Positions 1 through 7,737 of a stretch of DNA of 64,000 nucleotides are shown here, one piece after another. The notes below the pieces were generated by a model, which was not told the DNA's origin, did not search any database, and worked only from the letters and a program-made list of their open reading frames with translations. Origin of the DNA: a virus (taxonomy: Duplodnaviria; Caudoviricetes); IMG/VR virus record IMGVR_UViG_649989997_000001, positions 1 through 64,000 of that record. One strand, 5' to 3'. The translations under genes and the position numbers were made by a program. Within the stretch, counting starts at the first letter, position 1; each line of letters begins with the position of its first letter.

Positions 1-64
1 CCTTGCTGATGATCCCGACCATCGCCTTGCGCTCTTCCTTCTGGATGTTGTAATTGACCTTCAT
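1..64 (-). CDS. 5' end of phage 'virulence-related' protein (partial), paralog of 46497..47297
   Basis: Translates MKVNYNIQKEERKAMVGIISK, identical to the N-terminus of 46497..47297; GGAGG RBS upstream. Confidence 0.85.
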   Translation of the reverse strand, partial: MKVNYNIQKEERKAMVGIISK

Positions 65-181
65 TTTGAAAACCTCCTTTATGAACTTTGGTCATTACAT
101 TCATCACTCGTATGGGAAGAATTAGCAAGCGGATTGTGTTGTATACACCATAGCCTCAGTGAGATAAACCACAGAGTATTA

Positions 182-472
182 TCATTTCACAGAATGAGGA
201 GCAGTCATCCGCTCGAGCATCTTGCCCGTCATCCAGATCGCCCCGTCAATGACAAGCGGCAGGAAGATGCGGTCACGGAATCTGCACCATCCTGACTCCT
301 TCTCGGCACTCTCTTTCAGTGCCGCCGTATACGCCGCCGACACTTCACGCGCCGCAGGAAGCCCCTTCTCATGCAGCCATAGGACGGTCGCTTCCTTCGC
401 CTCCGTCCGCACGAAATCTCCCACATGATTTTTCAGTTCGTTTTGAATGTGTTCCAGTTTCATCTTCAACAC
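182..472 (-). CDS. Hypothetical phage protein downstream of amidase
   Basis: Overlaps amidase stop; near-identical copy at 47415..47705. Confidence 0.8.
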   Translation of the reverse strand: MLKMKLEHIQNELKNHVGDFVRTEAKEATVLWLHEKGLPAAREVSAAYTAALKESAEKESGWCRFRDRIFLPLVIDGAIWMTGKMLERMTAPHSVK

Positions 473-1008
473 TCTCCTTCATAGTCCGTTACCCCACGCG
501 CAATGGCGCGGGCAAATTCATCCTGCTGCGAACGCAGAAGCTCTGCGTCACCCGCATGGTCGATAAACGCAAGTTCCACGATCACAGCGACCGCATCGGT
601 GTTGCTCAGAACGTACAGACCGTTGACACCGGGCTTTGCCCCCTTCACGCTGCGATCCACGGTTCCGAGTGCATCCACAATCTGATTCTGGATGCACTGT
701 GCCAGTTTCTCTCCCTCTCCGCTTCCGTAGTAGTGCCAGACCTCTGTCCCCTGAGCCATGCCGTTACAGGCATTACAGTGGATGGAGATAAACACATCGG
801 CATCCGCACGGTTGGAAGCCGAAACAACTTCACGGAGACTGTCGGACTGCAATTTTCCGACCACCTCAACACCTGCGGCAGCGAGATAACCAGCAACAAG
901 GTCAGTGACGTTCTTTGCTACATCACACTCTCGCAGCCCATACCCACACGCACCGGGATCTGGATTCCCGTTCGGTGCATGACCCGGATTCAAAAACACA
1001 CGCATCAC
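466..1008 (-). CDS. N-acetylmuramoyl-L-alanine amidase (Amidase_3, endolysin-like)
   Basis: NPGH, E, SIHCN and VELAF zinc-amidase motifs. Confidence 0.92.
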   Translation of the reverse strand: MMRVFLNPGHAPNGNPDPGACGYGLRECDVAKNVTDLVAGYLAAAGVEVVGKLQSDSLREVVSASNRADADVFISIHCNACNGMAQGTEVWHYYGSGEGEKLAQCIQNQIVDALGTVDRSVKGAKPGVNGLYVLSNTDAVAVIVELAFIDHAGDAELLRSQQDEFARAIARGVTDYEGEC

Positions 1009-2270
1009 GATTCCTCCTTCGCTTTTAACACATCCGCATACGGAATGCGCTCACCGTCACGTTCCAAAAACACATCTTCGGCATTCCCGCCTTTGCTCTG
1101 AATGTATCGCTCGACAGCGACATCCACGAATTTCGCCTCAAGCTCCACGCCATAGCAGATACGCCCCAGCTGGTCGCAAGCAATCAGCGTTGATGCCGAG
1201 CCGAGGAATCCGTCGAGAACGATACCATTCGTCTGCGTACATTGTTTGACAAGGTAGGCGATGAGCGGCACGGGCTTCGAGGACGGATGACCGCAGCCGT
1301 CCTTCTTCGAGTCCTTGATGCGGTCGAAAGCAAAGACGGTGGTCTGCTTCTGATCGCCGTACCACCTGTGCCGTCCGTCCTTCCTCCATCCCCAGATAAT
1401 CGGCTCGTGGATGTACTTCCAGTCCGTCCGTGTGAGGACGAGGCGGTCTTTCTTCCACACCAATCCCGCACCAACTTTAAAGCCCGCATCCTCATAAGCG
1501 TCATGAAAGATGCGGGCTTTTGCTGTTGCGTAGAAAACGTAGATGGAAGCATCGGTCGCCATCACCGAGTGAAAGGCGGTAAAAGCGGATTTGAGGAACT
1601 CGTAGGCGTCCTTATCATTCAGATCGTCGTTCTTGATTTTCCCCGATGTGCTTTCAAGCTGGATCATATATGGGGGATCCGTGCAGACGAGATTGACCTT
1701 CTCACTACCGAGCAGACGCTCGTATGTCTCCGGCAGAGTGGAATCTCCGCAGATAACACGGTGCTTGCCAAGATGCCAGACATCGCCTGACTGGGCGACA
1801 CACGGCTTTTCCAGTTCTGCCTCCACATCAAAGTCATCTTCCTGCGCTTCACCATCATCCAGTGAGAGCAGGTCGGTAATCTCCGCTTCGTCAAAGCCCG
1901 TGAGTGAGATGTCGAAGTCCATACCCTGCAAGGCTTCCATCTCGACGCGCAGCATATCTTCATCCCATCCTGCATCGAGTGCGAAACGGTTGTCCGCGAG
2001 GATGTATGCCTTCTTCTGCGCCTCCGTCAGATGATCGACGAATACGCACGGCACATTCTCTATGCCCTCTGCCCGTGCAGCCATGACGCGCCCATGTCCT
2101 GCAAGAATGCCGTAGTCCTTGTCGATGATGACGGGACTGACGAATCCAAACTCGCGCAGACTGCCGCGCAGCTTGTTAATCTGCTCGGGCGAATGTGTTC
2201 GTGCATTGTTGGCATACGGAACGAGTTTACTGATCGGAACGAGCTTCATCTCCGATGTTGTTTTGTTCAA
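1005..2270 (-). CDS. ParB-domain N4/N6 DNA methyltransferase
   Basis: N-terminal ParB-like (NARTHS, AGHGR); DPPY, HPSSKP, DGFLGS motifs. Confidence 0.9.
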   Translation of the reverse strand: MNKTTSEMKLVPISKLVPYANNARTHSPEQINKLRGSLREFGFVSPVIIDKDYGILAGHGRVMAARAEGIENVPCVFVDHLTEAQKKAYILADNRFALDAGWDEDMLRVEMEALQGMDFDISLTGFDEAEITDLLSLDDGEAQEDDFDVEAELEKPCVAQSGDVWHLGKHRVICGDSTLPETYERLLGSEKVNLVCTDPPYMIQLESTSGKIKNDDLNDKDAYEFLKSAFTAFHSVMATDASIYVFYATAKARIFHDAYEDAGFKVGAGLVWKKDRLVLTRTDWKYIHEPIIWGWRKDGRHRWYGDQKQTTVFAFDRIKDSKKDGCGHPSSKPVPLIAYLVKQCTQTNGIVLDGFLGSASTLIACDQLGRICYGVELEAKFVDVAVERYIQSKGGNAEDVFLERDGERIPYADVLKAKEES

Positions 2271-2283
2271 ATGACTTCCCTCC

Positions 2284-2844
2284 TTACTTCCTCGACCGTA
2301 GCAGACGCTCCATCCGATCCTCTTGCGGAGAGCCGACGAATGTAGTTGTGCAGTTCTGCTTTACGATGTCGAATATCTCATACCAGAGCAGATTGGACTG
2401 CTTCTGAAACGCCTGTCCCATCTGGACGAAGGGGCTTGCAATCGCACCTCCTGTCGTCGGATGCTTTCCAATGAGCCCGTATTGACTCATCGCCTCCTCA
2501 CACTGGATGAAGCGGGCAAATGCCTGAGCGTAGCTTTCAATCAGGCGCGGATTCACAAGCCGCTCACAGCCTCGTTCCTTCAGCCACAGCCATGTCTCAC
2601 GGAAAATCTCGTCTGCACCGAGCGGCTTTCCATTCCGCTGACGCGCCGACAGGTACTCGCTCGGATTCGGCATCTCCTCGCCGTAGAGGTCGGCGGCATC
2701 CACAAGGTCTGTGCCGTCCAGTTCCATCATCGGGAACTCCATCATGTGTGCTGTGCGCCCGCCCGCGATTTTATCTGCGAGTGCTTCGGGTTTGTCTCCC
2801 GCCCGGATGCGCCGTCCGCCGCGATTTGTACCGTCACGCGCCAT
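2284..2844 (-). CDS. Terminase small subunit (P27-like)
   Basis: MARDGTNRGG start; position downstream of HNH/cos; copy at 50427..50987. Confidence 0.85.
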   Translation of the reverse strand: MARDGTNRGGRRIRAGDKPEALADKIAGGRTAHMMEFPMMELDGTDLVDAADLYGEEMPNPSEYLSARQRNGKPLGADEIFRETWLWLKERGCERLVNPRLIESYAQAFARFIQCEEAMSQYGLIGKHPTTGGAIASPFVQMGQAFQKQSNLLWYEIFDIVKQNCTTTFVGSPQEDRMERLLRSRK

Positions 2845-2924
2845 CTTCCCGCCCCCTTCCTTTAATACCCCGTTTGAACCGACGTTTTTGTGCGTGCGCC
2901 CCCTCCCCGGTCCACTAACGGCGC

Positions 2925-2956
2925 GGTTTTAGAGATTTGACCGCCCCTAGGGGGTC
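2925..2956 (-). other. Candidate cos/packaging site
   Basis: GGGGCGGTCAAATCTCTAAA next to a CCCCTAGGGG palindrome between HNH and terS; conserved at ~51068..51099. Confidence 0.5.
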
Positions 2957-2963
2957 TAGCGTA

Positions 2964-2992
2964 TTGCATTTGCTTCACTTTCGCGTTACAAT
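2964..2992 (+). promoter_or_regulatory. Sigma70 promoter of dinJ-yafQ
   Basis: TTGCAT-N17-TACAAT, conserved in the second copy. Confidence 0.7.
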
Positions 2993-3014
2993 AACCAAAA
3001 GGAGGTTATGCATC

Positions 3015-3308
3015 ATGTCCAAGACCGCAACAATCAATATGCGCATCGAACCGACAATCAAAGCGCAAGCTGAAACCGTTTTTTCCAGTTTCGGTATCTC
3101 CGTGACCGACGCCATTAACATCTTCTTGCACGCATCCATCATGGAGGGAGGCTTTCCCTTCCAACCGAAACAGCCCCGTTATAATAGGGAAACACTTCTT
3201 GCCATGCAGGAAGCACGCGACATCATGGATGGTAAAATTGAGCCGAAGCGTTATCCGTCGCTGTCCGCACTGATGGATGATCTGGATGCGGAGGATGCCC
3301 ATGCTTGA
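3015..3308 (+). CDS. dinJ: RelB/DinJ family antitoxin
   Basis: MSKTATINMRIEP..GFPF RHH pattern; AGGAGG RBS; overlaps toxin. Confidence 0.9.
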   Translation: MSKTATINMRIEPTIKAQAETVFSSFGISVTDAINIFLHASIMEGGFPFQPKQPRYNRETLLAMQEARDIMDGKIEPKRYPSLSALMDDLDAEDAHA

Positions 3309-3573
3309 TCTCGTCACCACCACGCAGTTCCGCAAGGATTTAAAGAAACTGCGCAAACGTGGGGCAGATATACAAAAGCTGGATGATGTTCTGAAAATGC
3401 TCTGCACGGAAAAACAACTGCCCGAAAGGTATCGGGATCACGCACTCGTTGGTGATTACATTGGTTTTCGCGAATGCCACATCATGCCGGACTGGCTACT
3501 CGTATATGCCATCGACAAAGGAAAACTGATTCTGACCGCTTCCCGCACGGGTTCACATAGCGATCTCTTCTAG
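3301..3573 (+). CDS. yafQ: YafQ family mRNA interferase toxin
   Basis: FRKDLK, DHAL, RECHI.PDWLLVY, RTGSHSDLF motifs. Confidence 0.93.
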   Translation: MLDLVTTTQFRKDLKKLRKRGADIQKLDDVLKMLCTEKQLPERYRDHALVGDYIGFRECHIMPDWLLVYAIDKGKLILTASRTGSHSDLF

Positions 3574-3598
3574 CCGATTCATTGGAGTCGGCTTTTTA
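3572..3598. terminator. Terminator between convergent yafQ and HNH
   Basis: AGCCGATTC-ATTG-GAGTCGGCT hairpin followed by T run; copy at ~51717..51743. Confidence 0.75.
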
Positions 3599-3949
3599 TT
3601 TTGGTGCTTTCCGTTGATGAATCCGCTCATGACAAGACACGCAGAGCGACATCAAATTGCTCTCGTCATGTGTGCCGCCCTCCGAAATCGATTGAATGTG
3701 ATGCACGAGTGTCGCAAGGACGTATCTCCCCCGTTCTTTGCATTGCTCGCAGAGCGGATGCCCTACCAAATGACGATCACGAATCCTGCGCCACGCGCTG
3801 CCATACCTCTCGTGCTTATCGTACCCACGCGTGAAATGGTCATAGTGTCGCTGCATAACTTTTTCGTGCGTCTCGCAGTAGCAGCTCTTTCGATCCGTAA
3901 GGTTCGGACACCCCGCCATGCGGCAGGGTCGCTTCGGCTTTCTTGGCAT
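3596..3949 (-). CDS. Terminase-associated HNH endonuclease
   Basis: CEQC..VHH..GG.H..NLMSLC..CH motif upstream of terS. Confidence 0.92.
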   Translation of the reverse strand: MPRKPKRPCRMAGCPNLTDRKSCYCETHEKVMQRHYDHFTRGYDKHERYGSAWRRIRDRHLVGHPLCEQCKERGRYVLATLVHHIQSISEGGTHDESNLMSLCVSCHERIHQRKAPK

Positions 3950-4038
3950 CGCACACCTCCTCGACGGCACTAAAAAAGCCCTCGCGGAGAACTGCTTCTC
4001 CGAGAAGGCTGAACCGATTTTCTACTTTTGCTGAGTGT

Positions 4039-4135
4039 ATCATATCACATCGGTCATACTGACATCAACCTGACATTCCATGACATTCTGTGACATTTTT
4101 CCGCTTTTTGACATTTCATGACATTCCCTGACATT
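4039..4135 (-). promoter_or_regulatory. Late promoter with 7 direct repeats (TGACAT on + strand)
   Basis: TGnTATGAT extended -10; repeats at 4060, 4071, 4081, 4091, 4109, 4119, 4129. Confidence 0.7.
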
Positions 4136-4555
4136 TCATGCGCTTTGGGAAGGTATCGCCACATTTCTCAGCCCGCGCTCATGGATGCGGTATATCTGCC
4201 GCTCCCCGACTGCCATACGCCTGGCAATCTCCGTGACCGTGTGATACCCCATGTAGCGCATCTCCAAGACCAGCCGCTCATCCATATCCTCCACAGCCTG
4301 TATCACGCCATAGATTTCGGCGCGGAGGTTTACCAAGCGGTCGATCTCCCGGTCAATCTCCTCCTCCTGCTCCACCAGTTTCACCACCACATCCGAGAGC
4401 TTGTGCGGATTCTTCGTAGCACTCCCCGGCATATCGCTAAGGACGGTGGTGGTCTTGGTGGCCATGCTGCGCAGTCTCACGGACTGTTCCAGCATGCTGT
4501 CTATTTTTCTGTCAATCTTGAATGCCTGGCTCAGATATTCCTTAGCGGTCATCAT
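4136..4555 (-). CDS. DUF1492/RinA-ArpU-like late transcription activator
   Basis: MTAKEYLSQA start, C-terminal sigma4-like HTH, directly upstream of HNH-terS. Confidence 0.75.
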   Translation of the reverse strand: MMTAKEYLSQAFKIDRKIDSMLEQSVRLRSMATKTTTVLSDMPGSATKNPHKLSDVVVKLVEQEEEIDREIDRLVNLRAEIYGVIQAVEDMDERLVLEMRYMGYHTVTEIARRMAVGERQIYRIHERGLRNVAIPSQSA

Positions 4556-4557
4556 GA

Positions 4558-5070
4558 TCAGCCTTTCTTTTCGTAGCGGGAGCAGGACGGCTTCCAAATG
4601 TCGCCATCCGTATAGCCTATGGGCGCAGTCTGCCCCGCCTCCTGCACACAATCGTTGCAGTTCCAGCACGCAAGGCGATGAGCGCACGCCTTGCAGATAC
4701 ATTTTTTGCAAGCCGTGTGCGTTCCGCAGCAGTCATGGGGCATGACTTCCTCGGCATCAAATTCCTCCGTGCCTTCCCAAATCGCCAGCCGATGATTGAC
4801 TGCGTACAGATATTCCTCCATGCAGCCGTTGCTCTCCTTCCAGTTGCCTGCCATGATCACACCATCACATTTTCCGAGAAGCATTTTGCACTGCTTCAGT
4901 ACCGCATCGTAGGGAAATCTGGCAGCTTTCAAGTGCCGCATGGCATCCAGCGGATTAACGAACAAGATATGCGGATATTTCTTGGAAAACTCTGCTGCAA
5001 TCGCCGCTGCTGCCTTGCGGTTCTCTTTTTCAGCTCCCGTGTAGGGATGGGAAATATAAATCATGTTCAT
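4558..5070 (-). CDS. DUF4406/DUF1937-like protein with Cys-rich C-terminus
   Basis: IYISHPYTG...CDGVIMAGNWKESNGC..E pattern. Confidence 0.65.
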   Translation of the reverse strand: MNMIYISHPYTGAEKENRKAAAAIAAEFSKKYPHILFVNPLDAMRHLKAARFPYDAVLKQCKMLLGKCDGVIMAGNWKESNGCMEEYLYAVNHRLAIWEGTEEFDAEEVMPHDCCGTHTACKKCICKACAHRLACWNCNDCVQEAGQTAPIGYTDGDIWKPSCSRYEKKG

Positions 5071-5087
5071 AGCGATCTACTCCTTTC

Positions 5088-5555
5088 TTACTTGCAGTGC
5101 CTCAGCGCGTCTCTTGCTGTAGGGTCGCTGTAGCCTTCCCCATTGCGGTTCGATGTGCGCTGAATCCCCAGCTGCTTGATTTCAATGTGGATCCCCGGCT
5201 CTGCCGCCCACTGCTTTTCCACGATCTCCCGCACTACTTGGGCATCGTCCTTCCAGTAGCCGCACCTGGTCATGCAGTCCTTGAGCATTTTCTGCAGATT
5301 GTCGGTATCCGGGCGGGTCGTGCGCCACTCGCCGCTTTTATGGAATTTGCCCACCGGGAAGAGCCATGTGGTGCGAAGCTCCAAGGCTCCGTCCAGAGGT
5401 GCGGTCGGACGATATTTCCCCAGATGTGCGGTCAGAAGCACCTTTGCCTTCTTTAGGGGAGTCGGGTCATAAAATATCGGTCTGCCGCCCACGATCCGCA
5501 CGGATTTCTCCTGCGCGGTCACCGTAGGAGGATTGATGTCGAGGAAAAATATCAT
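5088..5555 (-). CDS. RusA family Holliday junction resolvase
   Basis: RPDTDNLQKMLKD...WKDDAQV motif. Confidence 0.88.
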   Translation of the reverse strand: MIFFLDINPPTVTAQEKSVRIVGGRPIFYDPTPLKKAKVLLTAHLGKYRPTAPLDGALELRTTWLFPVGKFHKSGEWRTTRPDTDNLQKMLKDCMTRCGYWKDDAQVVREIVEKQWAAEPGIHIEIKQLGIQRTSNRNGEGYSDPTARDALRHCK

Positions 5556-5711
5556 TTTCTAAACCTGCCTTTCTTTTGATTCCTCTCGGCTGTTTTGTCA
5601 CGTTACTCTCCTCAAAGGGGAAGGACAGGACGTAGTACGTCCTTCCCACTTTGGGAGGGTAACGACGTTTCTTCTGTTTATATGTATATATAAACAGCGT
5701 AGAAGAAGAAT

Positions 5712-7721
5712 TTACTCAAAATCCTTGGAAGCCCCGTCATTCCTTAAGATACGGCTTTTTTTGAGGATGAATTCGCCGTCCAGTTTTTTGAGTCTTGCGT
5801 AGACGGTTTTGTCCGACACATTGAGATAGCCCATCATGTCGGAAACCGTTACGTTTCCGTCCATATTGAGTGCCTGGTAGGCGTTTCGGAATTCCTCCGC
5901 ACACGCCTCTGCAGTCTTGGCGTGGCTGTTCTTCATGCGCCCCGCCTCCAGTGTTCCCTGTGCGGGCATCTCACCGAGATTGCCATGCGTGTCCAACCGA
6001 TGAATGGGATACTCGAACCAGAAGTTCACCGGCTCGATATTCTCGAATTCACGAAGGCTCGACTCCAAACGCCAAGCCGTAGCGTGACCGTCCCGCAGAT
6101 TGTTCTTGATGTCATCCGTGAGTTCCAACTGGATCATGTCAAGCTGGGCATCGGGGTCGCGGGCAAATACGCCGGAGCCGGAAGCCCTGTCCATCGCCCG
6201 CTTGTTTCCCTGCGCTCCCTTGCTATGGTGATGGCAATAAATCGCAGAGCATCCGGTCTCCGTGCAAATCTTGTCAAACTGGTTACAGAACTGCCCCATT
6301 TCGGATGCGTTGTTTTCATCTCCCGTGATGACCTTGTAGATGGGATCGATAACAATGGCATCCAAATGCTGGTCGCGCACCCGGCGGATGAGTTTTGGCA
6401 CAAGCTGGTCTAATGGCACAGCGTAGCCTCTCAAGTTCCACACGATGATGTTTTCTGAGTCATTCATGGGAAGCCCCAACGCCTCGTAAATCTTGAGGAA
6501 TCTGATGATACAGCTTGCCGGATCAATCTCCAAATTGACATACAGCACACGCCCCTTGCGGCAGGGAAATCCCAACCACTTCGCCCCCTCGGCTATGGCA
6601 ACGCAAAGTTCCATGAGGAGAAATGACTTCCCTGCTTTGGAAGAACCGGAAATAATCATCTTGTGTCCACGGCGCAAGATTCCCTTTATAATCTCCTCCG
6701 GCAGTTTCGGCGGATTGTCCTTGTACTTGGCGAGAGATTCCAATGGCGGCAGTTCATCCGTCGCGCCCTCCACGAAATCCATCCAGTCCGTCCATGACTT
6801 CCTGCCGATGTTCGTTGCGGCGAGGTACTGACGATTGCCGTTTCGAGTGAGTCCCGGCATCCGGGAAAGCCGTGAGGGATTGCGGTTCTGCTTGTCGATG
6901 GGTACGCCCTGCTGTTCCATGAAGTCATAGAGAAACTCCACCCGCTTTCGGTACTCCTCATAGTTAATGGCATCCACACGCACTATGGCGTGGAGGCTCT
7001 TGCCCCCGCTATGAACGAGTGCTGCAATCGGCAGTTCCAGCTTGCGGAAGAGGACATCCTGCTCGGCGATGGGAAGCGTGTCGGATTCCACCAACGCATA
7101 CTTGAACTTGGTGACGTTCTCGTTTTTCACACCCTCGCCATCCAGTGGATTGAACCGAATCCAACCGCCCACCTCGGGTTTCCAGTCACCTACGGTCGCT
7201 CCAATGTCATTGGCGTGCTTCTTGAGGGATGCGATCAGCTCCCCTGCCGTGCGGTCATACACGCCCTTACTGGGCAGCCACTTACCCTCGCTGTCCTTCC
7301 ACACATCGCCCGTGACATATCCCACACGGTCATCGACGTCAAACAGCAGGGAGAGATAGTCGATCAAATCCTGCACGGGATTCCACGCATCGGGAGGGGC
7401 AAAGCCGTTGAAGCCGTCGTTGCCGTCATACTCAATGGTATCGTCCCATGCCATCGCTCCCTCAGCGCAGGGCATCCAGCCGCGCTCTTTTGCCAGCTGC
7501 ACAATCGTTCCGCCCTTAACGGGAGTGGTCGTGCCGTTAAAGCCCTCCCACTTCTTCTCGCATTCGCCGGGATGGTAACGAGGATCTCTCTGACTCCAAT
7601 CGTCCCAGATGGAGCAGGGATATCCTTCCTCCTTGAGTGCCATACCTACCGAGATCCATGTGGCGCGGTCAACCTCCGCAACGTTGATGTACTTCAAAGC
7701 CGACAAGATATTCTTGTCCAT
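5712..7721 (-). CDS. PriCT-2 primase / AAA_25 helicase replication protein
   Basis: WISVGMAL PriCT-2, HSGGKSLH, Walker A GSSKAGKS, IDP Walker B. Confidence 0.85.
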   Translation of the reverse strand: MDKNILSALKYINVAEVDRATWISVGMALKEEGYPCSIWDDWSQRDPRYHPGECEKKWEGFNGTTTPVKGGTIVQLAKERGWMPCAEGAMAWDDTIEYDGNDGFNGFAPPDAWNPVQDLIDYLSLLFDVDDRVGYVTGDVWKDSEGKWLPSKGVYDRTAGELIASLKKHANDIGATVGDWKPEVGGWIRFNPLDGEGVKNENVTKFKYALVESDTLPIAEQDVLFRKLELPIAALVHSGGKSLHAIVRVDAINYEEYRKRVEFLYDFMEQQGVPIDKQNRNPSRLSRMPGLTRNGNRQYLAATNIGRKSWTDWMDFVEGATDELPPLESLAKYKDNPPKLPEEIIKGILRRGHKMIISGSSKAGKSFLLMELCVAIAEGAKWLGFPCRKGRVLYVNLEIDPASCIIRFLKIYEALGLPMNDSENIIVWNLRGYAVPLDQLVPKLIRRVRDQHLDAIVIDPIYKVITGDENNASEMGQFCNQFDKICTETGCSAIYCHHHSKGAQGNKRAMDRASGSGVFARDPDAQLDMIQLELTDDIKNNLRDGHATAWRLESSLREFENIEPVNFWFEYPIHRLDTHGNLGEMPAQGTLEAGRMKNSHAKTAEACAEEFRNAYQALNMDGNVTVSDMMGYLNVSDKTVYARLKKLDGEFILKKSRILRNDGASKDFE

Positions 7722-7737
7722 GAAAAATCACGTCCTT

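Larger units (their letters stand above)
1..4050. repeat. Long imperfect direct repeat of 47234..52185 (shared packaging/lysis module)
   Basis: Same gene order and near-identical proteins (amidase, MTase, TerS, DinJ/YafQ, HNH). Confidence 0.95.

Noticed and set aside
1-4050. Duplicated module as a collapsed or duplicated assembly artefact
   Set aside because: The copies differ by many synonymous substitutions, indels and an insertion, indicating real paralogs
4060-4135. TGACAT repeats as a mini-CRISPR or VNTR
   Set aside because: 6-bp units at ~10-bp helical spacing next to a promoter fit protein-binding sites, not an array
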